A DNA stretch of 31,255 bases. Source: a virus (Duplodnaviria; Caudoviricetes). The translations under genes and the position numbers were made by a program. The stretch lies in the IMG/VR virus record IMGVR_UViG_3300045947_000099, positions 1 through 31,255 of that record, one strand, 5' to 3'. Positions within the stretch are counted from its first letter, which is position 1. Each line of letters opens with the position of its first letter. Below the pieces are notes generated by a model. That model was not told where the DNA came from. It did not search any database and saw nothing but the letters and a program-made list of their open reading frames with translations. This document shows, in pieces, positions 8,680 through 17,073 of the stretch.

Positions 8680-9283
8680 CCTTCGGCCTCCAGAGCTCGT
8701 GGTCGTGATGTTCGATCTCCGTGTAGCTCACAGCCGGCACATGCCATGCCGAACCACCCTGGGCATGCACAGCCTTCGACCAGAAGACGATCGGATCCAC
8801 CGACCCGAATGGAGTCATCTTGCGCGCGTAGCTGGTCTGCACCACAGCGAACCGGCATCCCTCCAGCGGAGCTCGATTGTGAGGCCGCTTCACCGGGTAG
8901 TGCGTGGTGCTCTTCGTATCGGGGTAGAAATCCACGATGCCAGTGATCGGGTCACGGTCGAAGATCTGCTTGACCTTGCCGAACCACTGCCGGTCCAGCA
9001 GTCGGGTCTCCGGGCCGACGATCGCAGTGAGCTTCTCCACGCAGTCCAGAAGCCCTTCCGCCAAGATCGGGTTGAGCCCCTTGGCCACCCGCTCGTTGGT
9101 CAGCCTCCAGGCTGGCTCGAACTCCTGGAGGTAAGCCTGCAATGATCGAAGATCTTCCTCTGCGGCCCCATCCACCAGGACCAAGGCGCGGAACGGAACG
9201 TCCGTGCAGGCCCGCAGCGCATCGAGGCAGTCAGGGACGAGCTGGAGGTTCTGATGGGGCACCGGCACTAGCACGTCGAGCAA
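8663..9283 (-). CDS. GT2-like (GT-A fold) protein, apparently degenerate
   Basis: LDVLVPV...CLDALRACTDVPFRALVLVDG...KGLN follows the GT2 N-terminal pattern, but the DxD position reads VGPET. Confidence 0.6.
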   Translation of the reverse strand: MLDVLVPVPHQNLQLVPDCLDALRACTDVPFRALVLVDGAAEEDLRSLQAYLQEFEPAWRLTNERVAKGLNPILAEGLLDCVEKLTAIVGPETRLLDRQWFGKVKQIFDRDPITGIVDFYPDTKSTTHYPVKRPHNRAPLEGCRFAVVQTSYARKMTPFGSVDPIVFWSKAVHAQGGSAWHVPAVSYTEIEHHDHELWRPKVAASS

Positions 9284-9470
9284 GGTTCACGTCCTGTTGT
9301 TTGGCACCCTCGCGGCCGATGGTGCGTTTCTGGCATCGGATCGAACAGAAGACCACTATCCGGCGGCCCGCGCGCATGCTGGCTCGCACAGGCCCGGAAG
9401 GCAAGATCACATCACGCTGGCAGCCCCGGCAGGGCACCACGACTGTATCGCCTCCAGCTTCGACGCTCAC
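9231..9470 (-). CDS. Small zinc-finger hypothetical protein
   Basis: CRGC...FCSIRC; GTG 9470 overlaps the TGA of the upstream gene (GTGA). Confidence 0.5.
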   Translation of the reverse strand: MSVEAGGDTVVVPCRGCQRDVILPSGPVRASMRAGRRIVVFCSIRCQKRTIGREGAKQQDVNLARRASAGAPSEPPARP

Positions 9471-9916
9471 AGCAGCCACCCTTTGGCCTTCGGAGGAAGG
9501 GGCGGGAGCTCGCTCGCCGGCACGATGATCTTCGTCTGCTCTTCGTCGGACCACTCTGGAGCCCCGAGCTCGGTCTTGGCTGGATCGAGCACCTTGCGCC
9601 CAGCTCGGACGCCACCTTGGTTGGCCACGAGCTCCTTGGACTGGAGTAGCTGCTCCTTCGTTCGCGCGTTGAATCTGTATTCGTCTTCCGGGGCCGAATT
9701 GTAGGAGATCGAAGTCTTCGAGAGCTGCTCGATTCCGTTCTGGACGGCGTTCTGGACTGCGAACATCACCTGCTCGATCCAGTCTGTCTGTCCGAACTTC
9801 GCGATCAGGATTTCCCCGGTAGCCGCTGCTGCTGCGGTGGCCTCCGGAAGAAATTGCCTTCTTGGCTTTGCTGTGTTCCGGGTGACCGCTGGTCGCTCGC
9901 CGATTTGCTTCGCCAT
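9467..9916 (-). CDS. Hypothetical protein (149 aa)
   Basis: ATG start, codon usage like neighbours, coupled to the downstream gene; overlaps the terminase 3' end by 112 nt. Confidence 0.6.
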   Translation of the reverse strand: MAKQIGERPAVTRNTAKPRRQFLPEATAAAAATGEILIAKFGQTDWIEQVMFAVQNAVQNGIEQLSKTSISYNSAPEDEYRFNARTKEQLLQSKELVANQGGVRAGRKVLDPAKTELGAPEWSDEEQTKIIVPASELPPLPPKAKGWLL

Positions 9917-11535
9917 AGTTCGTTGGTCCCTAACTGGTCCCGCCGGACGTGATCGCGTGCCGGGTAACCATACTCAGGATTGAGCTTGCCGTCGATGATC
10001 GTTGGTTGATGTTTGATGACCGTGGCCATTCGCCAGCCGGGCGGGGGTGCTGGAGCGATCCATTTGCCTTCCTTGTCCTTCTTATCGAGATCGGAGATCG
10101 CATCGGGGATGTCGTCGTGGTCGCTGAACGGCCACTCGGTCATCTCCGCGAACATGGGAGCCCACTTGCGGTGCTGCTCCTTGAGGCTCCTGGCAAACCA
10201 GATCGTGCCACCACGGAAGCGTGGCTCGGCTGCCTCGATGCGCATGTCCTTGATCTCCTGGTTGCGGCCCGCCACCTTGATGATCTTCGGGTGGATGAAC
10301 GTCTGCCGGCGGATCTCCTCGAAGAGCGAAGACAGGAGTTCCGCGTGCGCGGTGTCCTCCAGCACCATGCCCTTCAGGTTGAGGGGCTGGTAACGATTCC
10401 ACAGGTCGCAGGCGATGCGCACAGAATCACTCGGCTTCCATCTCCCAACGTAAAAGTCACGCACGTATGCCGCTCGGTTGCAGTCGAGCGAGACGATCCA
10501 GAACGCTGTGCGGTCCGCCTTGCCCTTCTTCTTCTCTTCCGCGATGAATGCCCAGTCCGTGAAGATGTAGGTCCACACGTGGCTCGGGATGTCGCGATCT
10601 TCGATGACCCTGAAGTAGCTCGGCTTGAAGATCTTCTCATCGTCGGTAGTAGGCTTGTTCTCGTAGTAGCAGGCGAACTGGCGCGGGGGCATGATCGCCT
10701 TCTGCGCCGCGATGAATGCCTCCGTGAGACGACCGGGGAAGAACAGCGTGTTGTCCGGGTTCCTCCACGAGTGGATCGACACCTCGAACAAGTCGCGCAT
10801 GCTCTTGTTCTTGAGCAGCGTGCAGTAAAGATCCGCGTAGTGGTGCAGCGTGCCGATCATCAAGATGCGGCAGCCTGGATCGAGCTGCGCCATCATCTCA
10901 CCGAACCAGTGCCACGTGGTCTGGATGCCTTCGACGGTCTTGGTGTTCTCCTGGGACACCACGTCGTCCATCACGATCAGATCCCAGTGCGAGCCCGTCC
11001 AGACTTCACCGCAGCCAGCCGCGAGCAGCGTCGGCTCCTTCGCGTGCGTGATCGTGCGCAAGGCCGACGTGAACTCGCCGCTGCCTTCCTTCCAGTCCTT
11101 GCCCTTGTGCACCCCGAAGCGTTCTCTGAACCACTCCGAGTTGATGATCTTCATCGCCTGCCGCACGAACTTCTTCGCCTGCTTGCCCGTCTCGGAGGCG
11201 ACACAGATGCGGATGTTCGGGTTGCGCGCGATCTCCCAGCACACCAATCCAACATCGAAGACCGCAGACTTGAACGAGCCACGCGGCCACAGCACGAGCT
11301 TGTAGGTGAAGATCCCTCGATCGCTCTGCGGGTCAGCCTTCCACTTCCACGTCAGGATCTCGTGCGCGCCCTTCCCGTGCGGATACTGCTGCGCGTCTGG
11401 AGCTGCGCCACAGTCGCGCACGAAGTCCAGGAAGCCCTCTTCGGTCTTGTAGTAGGCCGCTTCCTCTTGAAGCCGGTAGCTGCGGAGCTCCTCCGGCGAC
11501 AGGTTGGCTAGACTGTCGGGTAGAGCTGCTTCCAT
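9805..11535 (-). CDS. terL: Terminase large subunit
   Basis: Walker A LVLWPRGSFKS, Walker B DLIVMDDVV, coupling motif IGTLHHYADLY, RNase H-like nuclease IFTDWA...HDDIPDAIS; start re-called at ATG 11535. Confidence 0.93.
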   Translation of the reverse strand: MEAALPDSLANLSPEELRSYRLQEEAAYYKTEEGFLDFVRDCGAAPDAQQYPHGKGAHEILTWKWKADPQSDRGIFTYKLVLWPRGSFKSAVFDVGLVCWEIARNPNIRICVASETGKQAKKFVRQAMKIINSEWFRERFGVHKGKDWKEGSGEFTSALRTITHAKEPTLLAAGCGEVWTGSHWDLIVMDDVVSQENTKTVEGIQTTWHWFGEMMAQLDPGCRILMIGTLHHYADLYCTLLKNKSMRDLFEVSIHSWRNPDNTLFFPGRLTEAFIAAQKAIMPPRQFACYYENKPTTDDEKIFKPSYFRVIEDRDIPSHVWTYIFTDWAFIAEEKKKGKADRTAFWIVSLDCNRAAYVRDFYVGRWKPSDSVRIACDLWNRYQPLNLKGMVLEDTAHAELLSSLFEEIRRQTFIHPKIIKVAGRNQEIKDMRIEAAEPRFRGGTIWFARSLKEQHRKWAPMFAEMTEWPFSDHDDIPDAISDLDKKDKEGKWIAPAPPPGWRMATVIKHQPTIIDGKLNPEYGYPARDHVRRDQLGTNELWRSKSASDQRSPGTQQSQEGNFFRRPPQQQRLPGKS

Positions 11536-12260
11536 GGGAACCGGAGGTTGGGTCCCTTGTGCTTCTGGACCCACTTGCGCCAGCCCCCGCAAGCCTTCGC
11601 CTGCGCCACCTTCTTCAACCGGATCTTCCGGTTGTGCTTGTTGCTGCGATCGAGGCTGGTGACCATCGCGTCGGGGATGCTAGCAACCCCGTGGAAATGC
11701 GCAAACAGGTCCGGTCGATCCTCGATCTTGTAGTGGGCTCGCAGCACGTCAAGCATCTGCACGTCTGACCAGCCCTTGTGGCCCGCAAAGTCTTCGTCGT
11801 AACCACCTACGGCGAAGAAGTCGTCACGGTGGATCAGGTAGGTGTTGGGGCTGGTCATGTCGAGCTTGCCGCTGCTGACGTGCTTCAGCCCATACTTCAG
11901 CACATGGCCGCGCCGCAGCTTCGCTGCTGCCAGCAGCATGCGTCCCATCGTCGGTCCGTCGAACACCATGTCCGGGTCGATCATCAAGCAGTGCCCCGAG
12001 CTCACGTGCATCCCGAGGTTCCGCGCTCCCATCTGGTTCCACGGAATGTCCTGCTCGACGCGCAGCAGCTTGCAGCCCTTCAGGCCAACCGTCATCGCTT
12101 CGATCTCGCGCGGATCCACTGGAGGCTTCCCGCAGTCGTCCACTACCACGAGGTTCAAGCGTTCCTGCGTGTCCACCGAGTAGCAGCGAATGCGGTCCAG
12201 TTGGTAGGCCAGCATCGCCGGCTGGCCATACACAGCCATGATGATCGTTAAATCGATCAT
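11508..12260 (-). CDS. GT2-family glycosyltransferase with a Glyco_transf_7C-like C-terminal motif
   Basis: LTIIMAVY, VVVDDCG, WNQMGARNLG, IDPD (DxD), FFAVGGYDEDFAGHKGWSD; ATG 12260 coupled to the upstream stop. Confidence 0.85.
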   Translation of the reverse strand: MIDLTIIMAVYGQPAMLAYQLDRIRCYSVDTQERLNLVVVDDCGKPPVDPREIEAMTVGLKGCKLLRVEQDIPWNQMGARNLGMHVSSGHCLMIDPDMVFDGPTMGRMLLAAAKLRRGHVLKYGLKHVSSGKLDMTSPNTYLIHRDDFFAVGGYDEDFAGHKGWSDVQMLDVLRAHYKIEDRPDLFAHFHGVASIPDAMVTSLDRSNKHNRKIRLKKVAQAKACGGWRKWVQKHKGPNLRFPWKQLYPTV

Positions 12261-12790
12261 CGAGGAACCTTCTTGAAGATCATCAACCACCTCGCGTGGC
12301 GGCACGACGACTTCAGCAGCTCCCAGCCCTTGAACTTGTCGATCACTGCGCTGACGACGTTCTGACGCACTGCGTGCGCGTCGTGACGATCAGGGACGGC
12401 CACGACCACGAACGACCGGGCCACCTTCTGCGCCTTCTCGATCGTCGCATCGAAGTCGGCGACGTGTTCGAGCACGTCACAGAGCAAGACCGCTTCGTAA
12501 GCGTCATCGAGCTCGCTGTCGATCGTGCCGTGGCGGATCTGGTTGCCCTTCTTCTGTCCGATCTGGACCGCGATCTGGTCGATGTCCAAGCCAAAGCAGT
12601 GGTAGTTGACCGCTTCGAGCTGCGACATGATGAGCCCCTCGCCACAGCCAACATCGAGGATCCCACTGAATGGGGCCACGAACCGCTCGATTTCATGCAC
12701 GAGATCGGTCACGTGATGATGGTAAGGCGATGATCGATCAGCGAAATCCTGGTAGTGGTAGTCACCAGCCATGGCGTATTTCGAAGTCAT
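12257..12790 (-). CDS. Class I SAM-dependent methyltransferase
   Basis: ILDVGCGEG, GLDID, YEAVLLCDVLEHV, VVAVP; no DPPY/PC DNA-methylase motif; ATG 12790 coupled to the upstream stop. Confidence 0.88.
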   Translation of the reverse strand: MTSKYAMAGDYHYQDFADRSSPYHHHVTDLVHEIERFVAPFSGILDVGCGEGLIMSQLEAVNYHCFGLDIDQIAVQIGQKKGNQIRHGTIDSELDDAYEAVLLCDVLEHVADFDATIEKAQKVARSFVVVAVPDRHDAHAVRQNVVSAVIDKFKGWELLKSSCRHARWLMIFKKVPR

Positions 12791-13419
12791 GTTCCATGTC
12801 TCCTGAAGCTCAACAGCTTGTTGTTGTAGATGTCCTTGTCGATCGTGTGAACTCGCTTGAGGCTGTGCCGCATCTTCCAGATCACGAAGGGGAACCAGAT
12901 TTGGTCTCGGGGCACCTCTCGGCACATGGTCCAGACCATGACCATCGCGAACTTCTGGATCGCGTTCGCGTGCGTCCGGCGCGCAACCATGCCCAAAGCC
13001 CACAGTCCGAAGTCGCGCGGGAAGCCTGCCAGCATCAGATGGGAGCGAGCCTTCTGCCCTTCGTCGGCTGTGATCTTCCCACGCTTCACGCACTCATCGA
13101 TCTCCGCATAGGCACAGGTGCGCCAGGGGTGCTTGAACAGGGCGATATCGGCCTGATCCAGCCACTTCTCGACCGACTCGCGCCATTGCATCTTCGGCGT
13201 GAACGACCCGTCCAGGTAGACGCTGGCCATTCCGTTGCGCGGCGGCCACACGAGCTTCTGTTCACGGTTCCAGAGCGTTGCCTCACGCCCCTTGATCCCC
13301 ACCGGAGGGATTCTCGTCTCCGCGTGCACGTCGTCCTCGGGCACGAGCTTCAGCTTGCCGTTGTCGTAGCCGTCAGTGACAGCCGTATAGACGATTATCG
13401 ATGATGCCTGAGAGATCAT
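12787..13419 (-). CDS. DUF616 (TOD1/MUCI70-like) glycosyltransferase-domain protein
   Basis: IVYTAVTDGYD, SVYLDGS, FKHPWRTCAYAE, RDQIWFPFVIWK; ATG 13419 overlaps the HNH gene stop. Confidence 0.82.
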   Translation of the reverse strand: MISQASSIIVYTAVTDGYDNGKLKLVPEDDVHAETRIPPVGIKGREATLWNREQKLVWPPRNGMASVYLDGSFTPKMQWRESVEKWLDQADIALFKHPWRTCAYAEIDECVKRGKITADEGQKARSHLMLAGFPRDFGLWALGMVARRTHANAIQKFAMVMVWTMCREVPRDQIWFPFVIWKMRHSLKRVHTIDKDIYNNKLLSFRRHGT

Positions 13420-13811
13420 CTTCGCCAAGTTTTGCCATGCCTAATCTCGCTAATCGAAGCCTTGCTGAGACCGTAGAGCTTGGCCAGCTCAACTCCTCTC
13501 TTACGACTTCTCCTGATTCGATCAGCTACAGCAAAAGAGATCTTGGCCCTCCCCCTATTGATAACCCGTCTACCTCTCGCAATGCAATCCTGAACGTTCT
13601 TCTTCTGGTCCCCCAGCTCTAGATGATCGATGTTCACGCATGAAGGATTATCGCACTTATGAAGAACGAACATCCCATTTGGAATGTCTCCGAAGTGCAG
13701 TTCGTAGACAGCTCTGTGCGCTAGCATGTTCTTTCTCTTGCCATGCTTCCACACGTGGCATTGCCCATAACCATTCGGCCTGAACGAGCCTCTCCAAGTG
13801 ATACAGTTCAC
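13416..13811 (-). CDS. HNH homing endonuclease (HNH_3 type) with C-terminal HTH
   Basis: CITWRG...GYG...AHRAVYE...VLHKCDNPSCVNIDHLELG...N; ELAKLYGLSKASISEI; lower GC than neighbours. Confidence 0.92.
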   Translation of the reverse strand: MNCITWRGSFRPNGYGQCHVWKHGKRKNMLAHRAVYELHFGDIPNGMFVLHKCDNPSCVNIDHLELGDQKKNVQDCIARGRRVINRGRAKISFAVADRIRRSRKRGVELAKLYGLSKASISEIRHGKTWRR

Positions 13812-14545
13812 GTGAGTCGGTGCGCTCTGAAGAAGTTTCGGATGCGTTGAAGCACTTCAGGCTGCCCAGGCTTGACACCAAGTTCGTTTGCGGTCTGTGC
13901 TTTGAGGTGCCTGACGAAGCTGCGAGGCACTACCTTGAATGGCTTGCGCGAAACAAGGCTACGTAGGATGCCGCCGCTCACGTCATCAGAACCGTAGTTC
14001 GAGAAGTCCGGATGAAAGAGCGGAAACCCGAACTTCTTCCGGATCTTCTTGATGGTCGCAACCGGCACGAGCCAACAGAACGCACTTACCTGCGAGCTAC
14101 GTATCGGAGCCTCTTCCACTGGCCCTTCTGCGCGAGCGTCAGGGGACGCTGTGATGTCGGTCGTGGGCGACAGCACGAGATTCCCCTCAACTTCGTTGAG
14201 GAGATGCAACAGCCACTTGTGGTCGGGGAACTGAAGATCGTTGTTCAAGACCAGAACGTGCGTGACCGGAGGCTTCACCTTGTCCTTGATCGGGTCGAAG
14301 ATCTCACGCTGGATCGCTAGGTTGATCGCGCGGCCGAAGCCTTCGTTGGTGTCGTTGAACGCATGCCAGTCCACGAGTCCCCGCTTGATCGCTACGTCGG
14401 CTTTGTTGTTGATCGCGATCGTGGTCACATCATCGATGATCTCATGCTTGCACGCATCGAAGGTTTGCAGCATCTCCTCGGTCATCTTCACGAGTTTCTT
14501 GCTGCCCGCGTATGCCGTGATCGCAAGGATGTGGAGATCGCTCAT
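13808..14545 (-). CDS. GT2-family glycosyltransferase
   Basis: NEGFGRAINLAI, VLVLNNDL, SAFCWLV, FHPDFSNYGSDD; ATG 14545 in an ATGA overlap. Confidence 0.82.
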   Translation of the reverse strand: MSDLHILAITAYAGSKKLVKMTEEMLQTFDACKHEIIDDVTTIAINNKADVAIKRGLVDWHAFNDTNEGFGRAINLAIQREIFDPIKDKVKPPVTHVLVLNNDLQFPDHKWLLHLLNEVEGNLVLSPTTDITASPDARAEGPVEEAPIRSSQVSAFCWLVPVATIKKIRKKFGFPLFHPDFSNYGSDDVSGGILRSLVSRKPFKVVPRSFVRHLKAQTANELGVKPGQPEVLQRIRNFFRAHRLT

Positions 14546-14967
14546 GCCATCCACTCCGTGTGCCCGCAGAACGGACACGCTTTGCCACGCTTGTGCTCGG
14601 CCTGCTCGGGGAACATCGGGTCCCAGGGCTCGGCAGCGGTGAACTCATCGATCACCTTCTGCTCTTGCCCAGGTGCTACGTAGTTGAGTGGTGCAGGAGC
14701 CGACGTTCCCGCCGGCCTCGTGTTGATCGGGATCTCCGCGCGCAGCAGTTGGCCGCGCCACAGCGTCTTCACACGAGCTCGGTGCGCACCATGCCGGACT
14801 TCGATCTCGACGGGAACGCTGTAGAGCAGCTTGAAGCCAAGCCACTTCCGCAGCCTAGTCGTCGTCGTCGTAATCCTTGTCGCCAAGCCCTTCAGGAAGT
14901 GCCTCACCCTTGTCCTCCAGTTGGGCGAGCTCCTGAACTTCGATCTTCCGTCGTTGTTGTTTGTCAC
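14542..14967 (-). CDS. Hypothetical protein with C-terminal CPFCG; start uncertain
   Basis: Fills the gap in the operon and its stop is coupled to the next gene; the 5' part overlaps the upstream gene. Confidence 0.45.
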   Translation of the reverse strand: MTNNNDGRSKFRSSPNWRTRVRHFLKGLATRITTTTTRLRKWLGFKLLYSVPVEIEVRHGAHRARVKTLWRGQLLRAEIPINTRPAGTSAPAPLNYVAPGQEQKVIDEFTAAEPWDPMFPEQAEHKRGKACPFCGHTEWMA

Positions 14968-15589
14968 GGAGCTTGTAGAGCCTCTCGATCTCGGCTTTCT
15001 GTTCGTCGTCGATCTTGTGGACCACCTCGGTCTTGTTGATCGCCTTGTCCACTATACCGATCGACTGAAGAACTTCGATCTTCTCACGTTCGATTTGCCA
15101 GTATGATCGATGATCTCCCGCTGCCACTGCCATCTCCTGCGCGTGTTCGCTCGCAAGCTGGAGCTGGCCTGCGATCGTGTCTAGGCGGATGCCTACGACC
15201 TGTTCGCCCAGGCGGCCGGCGTAGATGTTCCAGGTGCGCATCACCTGATCGACGCCGATGCCCAGGTCTCGCGCGATCACCTCGCTCCGGAACCCGTGGT
15301 CCCGCAGCGCAGCGATGATCGCGATCTGCTGCACAGGCACCAGCGCAGCGAACCATGCAGCCCGCTCGTCGCGCGGGGTCACCTGCAACGTGCCCCACAA
15401 ACGCTCCCCGAGATCCTTCAGCGAGTAGCGCGTGGTCACGCCGTCCGGGGCCTTCGGAGGAGTGACCCCAGCCTCGAACACGAGATCCGCGAGCTGCTGC
15501 ACGTTGAGGCCGGCGGCCGACGCGGCAGCTTCGAGCTGCGCCCGAGCTGCCGGGTTCGCGATCGTGGGAGGTTGCTTCTGCTTCGGCAT
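14855..15589 (-). CDS. HTH protein, candidate terminase small subunit
   Basis: HTH-like GFRSEVIARDLGIGVDQVMRTW followed by helical/coiled segments and an acidic tail; upstream of terL on the same strand. Confidence 0.5.
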   Translation of the reverse strand: MPKQKQPPTIANPAARAQLEAAASAAGLNVQQLADLVFEAGVTPPKAPDGVTTRYSLKDLGERLWGTLQVTPRDERAAWFAALVPVQQIAIIAALRDHGFRSEVIARDLGIGVDQVMRTWNIYAGRLGEQVVGIRLDTIAGQLQLASEHAQEMAVAAGDHRSYWQIEREKIEVLQSIGIVDKAINKTEVVHKIDDEQKAEIERLYKLRDKQQRRKIEVQELAQLEDKGEALPEGLGDKDYDDDD

Positions 15590-16146
15590 CAGAACGGAAT
15601 GTCCTCGTGTCGGTCTGGACCGTTGTAGCTCGGGCCGAGCTCGCAGTCATCCTCCCACCGCATCCTGCGCTCGATCGCTTCCTCGCTCCAGTTGGACGCA
15701 ACGTTCTCGGAGTGCGTCTGCCACGCGAGGTTCGAAGCTCGATTGTCGAGCGAGTTGTGGTTCAGGTGCGCGCAGTCAGTCTGCTCGGGTCCCGGCACTC
15801 CGTGAAATGCCAGACACACGAGCCGATGCACGAAGTGCTTCTCTCGCGCCCCGTTGTGCGTGAGGCAGACGCGCGCAGCCTTGCGTCCATGCCGCTCCTC
15901 AATCCAGGGAGCGAGCAGAGCTCCTCGCTTCTCGACGCGCGCACCGACGAGCTCGGCCAGCCAGAGCTCTATCGGCGCGACTTGGTAGCGCGGCGAGACC
16001 GAGCGGATCCGGCCTTGGTCGGACGCTTCGTAGCCTTCGTAGCCGGGGATCGCTTTCCAGGCTTCATCACGTTGACCTGAACCTGCTGGATCGTGCCCCT
16101 CACGTCGTGACCGACCCACTTCGGCATCGTGCGCTTGATGGTCCAT
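15589..16146 (-). CDS. NUMOD4-HNH homing endonuclease (start uncertain, 16119-16242)
   Basis: EAWKAIPGYEGYEASDQGRIRS (NUMOD4) and VHRLVCLAFHG...AHLNHNSLDNRASNLAWQTHSEN (HNH). Confidence 0.85.
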   Translation of the reverse strand: MDHQAHDAEVGRSRREGHDPAGSGQRDEAWKAIPGYEGYEASDQGRIRSVSPRYQVAPIELWLAELVGARVEKRGALLAPWIEERHGRKAARVCLTHNGAREKHFVHRLVCLAFHGVPGPEQTDCAHLNHNSLDNRASNLAWQTHSENVASNWSEEAIERRMRWEDDCELGPSYNGPDRHEDIPF

Positions 16147-16310
16147 CGGGCAGCTCGATCGTTCATGTCCTTCCGGCGGATCTGACCGAACACGAGAGAG
16201 CGGAGCTCCAGGAGCTCGCTGTGGGTAAGAACGGTGTCGCACTCGACAGACAAGATCACGCGGCGGGTCTTCATGTCTTCGATCTTCGAGTCGCGATCAG
16301 CGATTGTCAA
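15969..16310 (-). CDS. Hypothetical protein
   Basis: Directly follows the 16312-16566 gene; its basic tail overlaps the NUMOD4 frame. Confidence 0.5.
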   Translation of the reverse strand: MTIADRDSKIEDMKTRRVILSVECDTVLTHSELLELRSLVFGQIRRKDMNDRAARWTIKRTMPKWVGHDVRGTIQQVQVNVMKPGKRSPATKATKRPTKAGSARSRRATKSRR

Positions 16311-16311
16311 G

Positions 16312-16566
16312 CTACCGAATGCGAATCAAGGGCATGGCCACCCTGGTCAGCTCTTCCCAGTCGATCGGCGTCTTGGCCACGACCTTCCTGAGCTGCTTCC
16401 AGATCGGGTCGCAGCGGTCGTTCTTGAGCCCCCACAGCACGGCCGCTCGCACGCGAGCATCCTTGGTGGCAATGCCACGCGCCAGCATGCTGAACGCATG
16501 GCAGAGGCACTCTCCGCGCTCCTCGCGCGTGCCTGCTCGCCTCGGTGTGGTGTCGTCGAAGATCAT
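16312..16566 (-). CDS. Hypothetical protein (84 aa)
   Basis: ATGA overlap with the upstream gene. Confidence 0.6.
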   Translation of the reverse strand: MIFDDTTPRRAGTREERGECLCHAFSMLARGIATKDARVRAAVLWGLKNDRCDPIWKQLRKVVAKTPIDWEELTRVAMPLIRIR

Positions 16567-16847
16567 GGCCGTGGATCATCGCACGCGATGCTCGCGTTCG
16601 CCCTCATACGCACCTCTTCGAGAGCGGTCAAGGCCAGGGAGAGCTGACGGCCTGGGTAGCAGAGCTGGCAGAGCTCATGTGCCAAGGAGTAGCAGAGTGT
16701 GCTCACTTCCTCGTGACGGCGGACAGCTTCGGAGTCGCGCGGTGGACGATAGAAGAACCTGCTGTGCAGTTCTTGATCGGTGGGGACCCCGTGCGGATTG
16801 CGCGGGGCTGGTGTGCCTTCCTCGGTGCCTTCGGTTCCGTTACCCAT
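16563..16847 (-). CDS. Acb2/Tad1-hairpin-like protein, candidate immune-signal sponge
   Basis: FFYRPP...RHEEV...LAHELCQLCYPGRQLSLALTALEEVRMRANASIA resembles the family pattern FxYHxP...PxxRExSLAxTxLEExxMWANAxIA. Confidence 0.65.
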   Translation of the reverse strand: MGNGTEGTEEGTPAPRNPHGVPTDQELHSRFFYRPPRDSEAVRRHEEVSTLCYSLAHELCQLCYPGRQLSLALTALEEVRMRANASIACDDPRP

Positions 16848-17073
16848 TCTTCAGCTCCTCTTCGATCTTCAGTTCATCGATGATCTTGGCGGCCTTGATG
16901 CACTGGACGTAGGTGGGCTTCACCTGCTCGATGGTCGCCTTGCCCTTGGCGAGCGCATCCTTCCAGCACTCCATGAACAACATGAGCCCGAGCTTCTTCT
17001 GACCTTCGGTCAGCTTCGCATCGGGCGTCCAGATCTCAGTCGGCGTCGCCGGCTGCTTAGGTTGCTTTGGCAT
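16840..17073 (-). CDS. Hypothetical protein (77 aa)
   Basis: ATG start, overlapping both neighbours in the operon. Confidence 0.6.
   Translation of the reverse strand: MPKQPKQPATPTEIWTPDAKLTEGQKKLGLMLFMECWKDALAKGKATIEQVKPTYVQCIKAAKIIDELKIEEELKNG

Noticed and set aside
9949-11511. 520-aa + strand ORF, and similar long antisense ORFs (1286-2323, 29567-30559, 26637-27476)
   Set aside because: Shadow frames opposite well-supported genes, expected in GC-rich DNA; no recognisable motifs.
12257-12790. Methyltransferase as a DNA methylase explaining GAGCTC enrichment
   Set aside because: It lacks DPPY/NPPY/SPPY or PC catalytic motifs and resembles small-molecule or glycan methyltransferases (DVLEH motif).
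13416-13811. HNH genes as group I intron-encoded ORFs
   Set aside because: Flanking genes look complete and are coupled directly to the HNH ORF by GTGA/ATGA overlaps, leaving no room for intron core structure.
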